This document shows positions 56,073 through 64,000 of a stretch of 64,000 nucleotides of DNA, in pieces. Every line of letters begins with the position of its first letter. Position 1 is the stretch's first letter. The DNA is from Camelus dromedarius (Eukaryota), in NCBI RefSeq assembly GCF_036321535.1, contig NC_087436.1, positions 104,410,001 through 104,474,000 of the forward strand, read 5' to 3'. The position numbers and the translations under genes were made by a program. The notes beneath the pieces are model-generated. The model did no database searches. It was not told the origin of the DNA and saw nothing but the letters and a program-made list of their open reading frames with translations.

Positions 56073-56729
56073 TATATTTAACTATATAACATTTTTTATT
56101 GATTTATAATCATTTTACAATGTTGTGTCAAACTCCAGTGTAGAGCACGATTTTTCAGTTACACATGAACATATATATATTCATTGTCACATTTTCTTCT
56201 CTGTGGGCTGCCATAAGATCTTGTGTATATTTCCCTGTGCTATACAGTATAATCTTGTTTATCTATTCTACCATTTTGAAATCCCGTCTATCCCTTCCCA
56301 CCCCTCCGCCCCCTTGGCAAGCACAAGTTTGTATTCTATGTCTATGAGTCTGTTTCTGTTTTGTATTTATGCTTTGTTTGTTTTTGTTTTGTTTTGTTTT
56401 AAATTCCACATATGAGTGATCTCATATGGTATTTTTCTTTCTCTTTCTGGCTTACTTCACTTAGAATGACATTCTCCAGGAGCATCCATGTTGCTGCAAG
56501 TGGTGTTATGTTGTCGGTTTTTATGGCTGAGTAGTATTCCATTGTATAAATATACCACATCTTCTTTATCCAGTCATCCGTTGGTGGACATTTAGGCTGT
56601 TTCCATGTTTTGGCTATTGTAAATAGTGCTGCTATGAACATTGGGGTGCAGGTGTCATCCTGAAGTAGGGTTCCTTCTGGATATATGCCCAGGAGCGGGA
56701 TTCCTGGGTCATATGGTAAGTCTATTCCT
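56073..56729 (-). mobile_element. Young 5'-truncated L1 (ORF2 C-terminus plus 3'UTR) with perfect 14-bp TSD
   Basis: ORF 56399-56641 encodes the L1 ORF2 C-terminus (MFIAALFTIAKTWKQPKCP...WYIYTMEYYSAIK...SLICGI*); TSD tataccatggcttt at 56059-56072 and 56730-56743. Confidence 0.93.
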
Positions 56730-59299
56730 TATACCATGGCTTTAATTTGATTCTTTCCTTTCATTTCTAATGTCATAGCTTTTATTATAGCACACAATCA
56801 CTGTAACAGTCTCACAGCCAAACTCCCATCTCAAAAACCTAGCCTTCATAGTTACTGCTCCCGAAATAAAGCTCATGTGTAAAACCTTTCCAAAGGCCAC
56901 CAATGTCCATTCAAGTTTAAAGTTCTGAGCCACACATTTAAAATAGTTTATTTGATCCAACCTACCTTTCTGGACTCATCTTCCACTAGCCTCTATTGCT
57001 TCCTATAACCTACACCAGATTCTTTACTCGCTTTGCCTCACCATATTTACTAAGCTGTCCTACCTCCATGCTTTTACTCACACTTCTCTGTGCAGAATTC
57101 CTTTCTTTTCAATTCCTATTGAAACCTATTCATCAACTCTCACAAACTGCTATATATATGGGTATGAGTAACTATAAGATTCTAGAGCTGGCAGCATCTA
57201 CCAAAACTACAAATGCACATATCCTTGCAACCAGCAATTTCACTTCTAAGTATATGACCTACAAAAATACCCATGCATATGTGGCTACTATAGCCTTGCT
57301 CCTAAAAGAAATATATCTACCTGTATGCCAAATGGGAACTGGCTAAATAAATTGTTACACCGATATTATGGATATGGAACACTACAAAGATTTTTTTAAA
57401 AAAAAGAAAAGTAATCCTAAATGTATGCTAAGAACTCAAGGATTATTAAATTTTAAAAGTAAAGATAACACATAATATACAAATACAATAATATGAGCCC
57501 ATCTGCCCTGAAGAAAACCCAAACTATATTTATATACTCATGTGCACTTAAGTACACAGAAAACTGTCTGGAAGAATGATCCCAAATTTTTAATAATGGT
57601 TACCTCCAGGGAAGAAAGTAGAACTGAGGGCTTCTAAACTATCATAATAACGATCGAATATATTCCCATATTAATTGAGTAACATTTCAAAAGGGTTACA
57701 AACAAGCAGGAAGCACCTACACAGACAATCTCTTTCCCTGCTGATCTATTTGGCCTTATCTAGCTCCTACTCTATCTAACGAGGGACACAGAACTTAACT
57801 GAATGGCAGTGACTACAAAGAGCAGAAGCACACACAGCCTATCTTGGCACAGACTTATCTTGGCCCAAACTCCCTAAGGGCACTCACAGCTGCCAGTGAC
57901 ACACTCCTCAGGTCCAGCTCTAGCAGAGCTGAGAAAACAGCCACCGCCTTCTCACCCAGCTACTACTCAGGCTACACTTCTACTGACTTTTTCTTCCATT
58001 TAAAGGAATGTTTACAAACACTGGCATTTGTAGTTTTGTTTTGTTTTGTTTTGAATAAATTCACCTGTCTCCAACAAGAACCACCTCCTGACTGGGAGGG
58101 ACAGAGAACAGAGACTGTATCCAGGTACTCTTGAACAAAATCTCTTGCCTCCAGATTTCCAGAACTCAACTTCTCCTAGCATAATTTAAAAGTTTAAAAA
58201 TAAGAGGAAGAGCTGCTCCATGATTAGCTGATATCACCAATCTGAACTAATCATTCCTTGTTCTATACCTCAACATTCCTTGCAAAATGTCTCTTTTATA
58301 GGAGTGTTCTTCCTTACATTATAGTTACTTGCAAGCATAGCTGGATTCCCCACTAAGGCACAAATGGCCAAGGACCAAACTGTTAATTCATCTTTTATAA
58401 CACTTAAAGTGCTCAAAGTTCTTGCCTGTTAACAGGTTTTCAAGAAATGACTCCTGAATAGAATTTGTTGAAAATAGTTCAATGCATGATACTAGACAGC
58501 TCACAGGTGCAATGTGTTTAATTTCAGAACCAAAATGTCAATAGGCAATATCAAATCAAGTAAGGATCAAAAAGAAGTTTTAACCAGAATTCCATTTCAA
58601 TGTATTTGGCTAAATGAAAGCTTCGAGCTGGAAGACAGAAAATAGACCTCAAAAACCACTACATGTCACAGACAAAAGCAGTAAAGTATAAAACTTTTAA
58701 TGGCATTTGAACAGAAAAAAGTTCATCTCTATTGCAACCTAACGAAAAAATGCTGTTTGTATCCCCTTTACATCACATGAGCCTAAATACAATTACAACT
58801 TCTGTATCTTCTGATTATTTGATCAGTTTCCTGTGTAAAACTATGCCAAAAAATGAAAAATACAAATCACATTTACTACATTTTGTATCAGTTTTCTTTG
58901 TTACCTACAATTGACATTAAAAACAAAATCCTGCCTTCTCACTCTTAATATTTTATGTTAGATAAAATTAATAAGGATGTAAAAATTATTTGAAAAGGTT
59001 TAACTTGTTGAAAATACTCCTTGCTAGTGGTATAGTCATGCCGTGCTCTTTAGTATATTATGAATTATAAATGACAACTGCAAATAAAAGTTAACACTTA
59101 TTAGTAGTAAATTCGGTGTGTAAGTTTGTCCAATATTATCTCATTTATTTACTACCAAACTCTATGGGCAGGTATAATAATTAGTTCCATTTTATAGATA
59201 CAGAAATTGAGGCTTAAAGAAGTCAAGTCACTTGCAGAAAGTATATTTCAGCAGCAGAGCTAGAATTCAGAGCCCAGTCTTTGTGATTCCAAAACCAAT

Positions 59300-59509
59300 T
59301 CAGTTGATCCCTGAATGACACAAGTTTGAACTGCACAGGTCCACTTATACATGGATTTTTCCCAATAAATGTGTACTACAGTACTACCAGATCTGTGGTT
59401 CCAAGGATGCAGAACTGTAGGTACAAGGAACCAACTACAAAATCATGGGGATTTTTCACTGCACAGGGGTCTGGGGTCCCTAACCCCCAAGCTGTTCAGG
59501 GGTCACCTG
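59300..59509. mobile_element. MER8-like Tigger non-autonomous element
   Basis: Termini cagttgatccctgaa...ctgttcaggggtcacctg; internal gtttgaactgcacaggtccacttata. Confidence 0.8.
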
Positions 59510-60211
59510 CAACTCACCCTATGCATTTAACCCAAATCAAAACAAAACAAAAGTAAAATCTGTTCTTATACAATGTATGGGGTTTTTTTGCTGTGAATTT
59601 CTTCTTAGGCAACTAGAAATAGGGGAGTAATGCTGGTGTAAATGGAGGTCATGCTCCTTCATACATGATTTTTCCTAGTATGTTAATATTTTGAGGCCAC
59701 TGGGAACAAGCTTTTCCACAAATAAAGATCAAAAACTTAGTAACAGATGAATATTTTAAGAAAAAGACCGGCAAATCTACAAAAGTACTTTTCTTTCTTG
59801 TAAGTAGTAGTTGGTTCAGTGGCTTCAGGAACTGTTACTCTTTCAGCCAGGTTAACCTATTTGACAAAGCTGCCGGGGCAGATGAAAAAGCTGCAGAAAA
59901 ATTCCCCTTGTATTAAAACAATGGATTAAAATGAAGAAGGCTACATATGGGTTAGATTTTTAATTTAAATGGAAAGTCTCTTAGAAGTAATGCCCTCCCA
60001 GGACCTACAAGTTCAAGACTCCGAAGACTGATGGCAATTCAAAGTACAAATGCTAGTCTTTTGTTTTTTATTAGGATTGCTATTGCTTTTAATTAGTATC
60101 CAAGATCAGAGTTTTATGGATTTTCACTAGTCTGCTTTCAACCCTTTTTTCCCCCATAAGCCTTATTACTTTTACTGCACAATTCTGCAGAACAAGTTGC
60201 TTCAAGCTACA

Positions 60212-60508
60212 CAGTCATCCCTCAGTATGTGCAGGTGATTGGGTCCAGGACACCCTCAGACACCACAATATGTAGATCCTTGAGTCCCTTATATAAAATG
60301 ATGCAGTATTTACATATAACAGATGCACATCCTCCTATATACTTTAAATCATCTCTAGATTACTTACAATACCTAAAGCAATGAAATACAATGTAAACAG
60401 TTGCTGGCACGTGGCAAATACAAGTTTTGCTTTTCAGAATTTTCTGGATTTTCCCCCCAAATATTTTAGACCCACAGTTGGTTGACTCCTCAGAGGTAAA
60501 ACCTGCTA
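60212..60508. mobile_element. MER2-like Tigger non-autonomous element
   Basis: cagtcatccctcagtat...ccaggacacc...gtcccttatataaaatg...cacatcctcctatatactttaaatcatctctagattacttacaatacctaa. Confidence 0.85.
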
Positions 60509-60616
60509 CAGTGAAAACAATGAATGTATGTTAAAATTGCTACCATTAGAACAAAAATGCAGTAGTAGTGATTGATGCTACTGAATGATTTGTTGTTGAT
60601 CTTTAAACAAAGACGA

Positions 60617-60718
60617 GGGGTGGGGAGCAGGGTAGTATAGCTCAGGTAGAGCACATGCTTAGCATGCAGGAGGTCCTAGGTTCAATCCCCAGTACCTGCA
60701 TCTAAAAAATAAATAAAT
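60617..60718 (+). mobile_element. tRNA-Ala-derived SINE (camelid vic-1-like)
   Basis: gtatagctcaggtagagcacatgcttagcatgcaggaggtcctaggttcaatccccagtacc with an A-rich tail. Confidence 0.85.
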
Positions 60719-61129
60719 GAGGATCCATGTCAACTCGTTGTGATCCCAGACAAAGTAGACATGAGAGACACACACCTGCCCCACCCATACACACACACCA
60801 AGGCAACTCTTAGTATACTTTCTTTCTTAACATAACCAGAGAACACGATCCCATGGAGGATCAATCTACTGAATAACCTACTGTATAAACTCAGGCAATG
60901 AAGTGAGCCGATCCAGCATGTGTGTATTTCCAAATTTATATAGTACCAAAACAGAAAGCTCATAAAGAAAGATAAACATAGTTTGTACAGACAGTAGGCC
61001 ATTTAAAGCAGATTATTTTGATACACAGTTAGTTATCTAGAATTAATTGTTTATAACATAAAGCATTCTCAGAAAAAAAAGTCTCTCAAGTGATGCCTGG
61101 AGACTTAAGAATAGGGTTAAATGGGTTCG

Positions 61130-61962
61130 GGTTCTGGTACCAACTCCAACATGGAGAGGAGGCTTCCCGCACCAATAAGCAATTCCCTGGACACCAGAAA
61201 GGTGGCCTACAATTCAACTCAATTTTGACACTATCTACCCCAAGATGGTCAGATCTCAGAAGTTCCCACGACCCCCGCCTTGGGTTTCAGAAGCCAGTCT
61301 CAAGCAATTACCTCTGTTTCTGACCATCCAGCTACATAGATCAGAAGTTCCCATAATCCACCCTCTCCTTGGGTTCGACTAATTTGCTAGAGTGACTCAC
61401 ATAACTCAGAGAAACATTTTGCTTACTACATTACCAGTTTATCATAAAAGGATATAACTCAGGAATAGCCAAATGGAAGAGATGCATAGGGCAAGACACA
61501 GGGGAAGGCCTGGAGCTTTCAGGCCCCATCCAGGCGCATCACTCTTTCAGCACTTCATCAGCCTGGAAGCTCTTCACCAGCCTGGAAGCTCTCCAAACCC
61601 TGTCCTTTGAGGCTTTATGGAAGCATCATTACAGAGTCACAAATGACTACATCACCAGCCACTGGAGATGGGTTCAATCTATAGCCCCTCTTCCCTCCCT
61701 AGAGGTTAGGAGGTAGAACTACAAGTTCCAACTCTCTAATCCCAAGGTTGGTTCCACTGGCAACCAGCCTCTACCATGACATACTTTCCAAAAGTCACCT
61801 CATTAGTCTAACAAAAGACACCTTTATCACTCTTCTCACTTAGGAATTCCAAGGGTCTTAGGAGCTGCCAGCCAGGAAATACAGACAAGAACAAATATGT
61901 ATGAGAAATATATTTTGGTCACTTGATGACCAAATACACGTATTTATAAATCACAACATCAC
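61130..61962 (-). mobile_element. MER21-like solo LTR
   Basis: caattcaactcaattttgacactatctacc...ttgggttcgactaatttgctagagtgactcac...aaaggatataactcaggaatagccaaatggaagagatgcatagggcaag...tataaatcacaacatcaca. Confidence 0.8.
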
Positions 61963-62419
61963 AGCCATCAAAAATGTGCTTCTTTTTCCCATTAGTCTTA
62001 ATATTATGCCTATTTCCGTTTCTATCTAAATAGATCTCAGTACTTACATTCCTCATGTCAGAGATTACATACTAATCTGTGTAATATTATCATATTTTAA
62101 ATCCCTGTTTAAATCAAATGGGCTGGGGGGAAAGTTATGGATTTTAATAGAATAAAGCAAAAAAATTTCAAGCAATTATTTAGGTAATCCAAAATTAATG
62201 TATAAAACACTTTCATTTACTGCAGGAAAGTCCCCTTCCTTTATTAACTACCTTCGGTTTGTGCAAGTAAATTAGTTCATCTCCCCTAAGTATCAACAGT
62301 TTAAAGCAAAAGTCATTCAAAATCGTGTTTCCTGCCAAGAGCTTGTCTGCCTTGACATTTTTAAACCTCTCACCATGCAAAATCCAGAAGTCATACAAGT
62401 GACTTATCCTGTGCATACA

Positions 62420-62912
62420 TCATCTCCCAGTCTTACACCCAAAAGCTGTTCCTCATTTCAAATGAAGGCAACCCTGGAACTGCCATTGTTCAGGCCAGAA
62501 CCTGTGGGTTAGCTTTGACTCCTGTCTTTACTTCACATACCATATCTAATCTATGCATATTCTGCCTCAGGGTCTTTACATTTGCTGTTCCTTCTTGCTG
62601 GAATGTTATTCCCACATAAAAACATGCCTCAAATTCTCACCTTATCCTTAAGATCCTTTCCTCAAGTGTCACCATCTCAAAGAGACCTGTTGCAACCCCT
62701 TCCTGACATTCCCTACCCTACTCCCAACATTCTTTTTCTTCTAAAGCCCTTATCTCGATAAATATTTAATTTATTTGGTTTTTGTCTGTCTCTCTCACTA
62801 AAATGTAACCTCTACACACTGGCAGAGGTACACATATTTTTTTGGTCTGTTTTGTCCTCTGGTATATCCTAGCTCCTGGAACACAGCTGGCACTCAGAAA
62901 TCTTTGAATATA
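62420..62912 (+). mobile_element. L2 LINE 3' fragment
   Basis: gcctcagggtctttacatttgctgttccttcttgctggaatg...gtctgtctctctcactaaaatgtaa...gtatatcctagctcctggaacacagctggcac. Confidence 0.7.
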
Positions 62913-64000
62913 TCACTAGGACTCAGTCTGTCAGATGAGCCCAAACTGAGGGGAGAAGAGGTATTTCAGGATGTGAAGGGTTGATAATGATGTTTTCATT
63001 GACTGATTTGTTTCAGCACATCACAAATTACCTATTTAATGACCTCAACGCTCAGGAAACAGGTGAGGGTTTTAAGATAACTTCTGCAACAAAAGAGGTA
63101 CTGGAGATAATACTAATAATTAAAGCACATTAAATAAATGGCAGAAGGGTACCTCTTCCTCCTAGTACTCCCTCTTTACCAAGCAAAAATAATGAGTAAT
63201 CAGATATGGATATAATAAAAGAGTCAAAAAGATAGAAATAACCAAGACAACTTTTAAAAATACAGATTTACATCTGTTATCAATAACTTCACCCTATGTA
63301 TAAATTTTGCCCCAAAATGTGTAAATGAGTGTAAAGCAATCATAATTAGTAAAATACTTAAAATTTTAGGTACATAAAATTTAATACATCTCTAGAGGTT
63401 GTGAGTCTTTGCTGGAAAGGTTTAAAGTCATGATTTTCAATTCAGTACTTTGGAAAATTTGGGTTTAGATGCATCTTTTATGATTTCTCATAAAACAATG
63501 TAAGAAGCCACATACCACAGGAAAACTTATTCCTTCTGTCATGGTAGAAGAGGCTGAAATATGACCTGGGGAATAACATGATCATAAACCAAAATGTATT
63601 TTCCTGTCAGTAAATTACTGTCTAAATAAGCACAGAAAACACTGTTGAAGATTATGAAGGGAGAAAAACTAGCATTAGAAAAAATTACACCACGTGGGAA
63701 ATTTGCCATAAAGTAGATTAAGTTACAGAGGTTTTTTTTCTAATGTGCCTCAGCTTATATAGCCTTTTCTAGCTTCTTAATGAAATGCAAAAATGTCTAA
63801 GAAAATATCTCTAGGAAAACATTCTCAACTGCCAGTTCACTCTATACTTTAATATTTACTGAGTGCCTTTTACATGACAGGCACTCTTCTAGGTACAAGG
63901 GATAGAGAACTGAGTAAGAGGACAAAGGAACTTGAGGGAGCTTCTTTGATCTCCTTAATTAAAGCTTTTTACAGACAATCAGTAAGAGTATTATCTGCTG

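Noticed and set aside
63693..63700. RBPJ-binding motifs (CGTGGGAA here and at 61263-61270; TGTGGGAA at about 28040, 30561, 31111, 50423, 53895, 54000) as autoregulatory sites
   Set aside because: The count is near chance expectation for a 7-mer in 64 kb on two strands, and I saw no head-to-head pair at 15-17 bp spacing.

Overview
AT-rich mammalian genomic DNA, almost all intronic, carrying the 5' half of RBPJ (CSL/RBP-Jkappa, the Notch pathway transcription factor) on the minus strand. Five exons with GT-AG boundaries can be read directly: an alternative exon starting MAWIKR (47790-47972) and coding exons of 39, 96, 166 and 175 bp. They splice in frame to [25 protein letters not shown]...[11 protein letters not shown], the N-terminal (LAG1) DNA-binding region. 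The gene continues beyond position 1, and no CpG-island promoter is present, so the main promoter is presumably beyond 64000. The introns contain six tRNA-Ala-derived SINEs (consistent with camelid vic-1-type SINEs, suggesting a camelid genome; inference), old and young L1 fragments, L2/MIR relics, hAT and Tigger DNA transposons, two solo LTRs and microsatellites. I cannot establish a new biological system here. The best leads are a dense uORF cluster in the MAWIKR exon, inverted repeat pairs around the small frame-preserving exons, two L1 3' elements sharing a 5' start point, and a CpG-rich non-repetitive patch beside a hydrophobic 135-aa ORF. Repeat family names come from recognition by eye and repeat boundaries are approximate.
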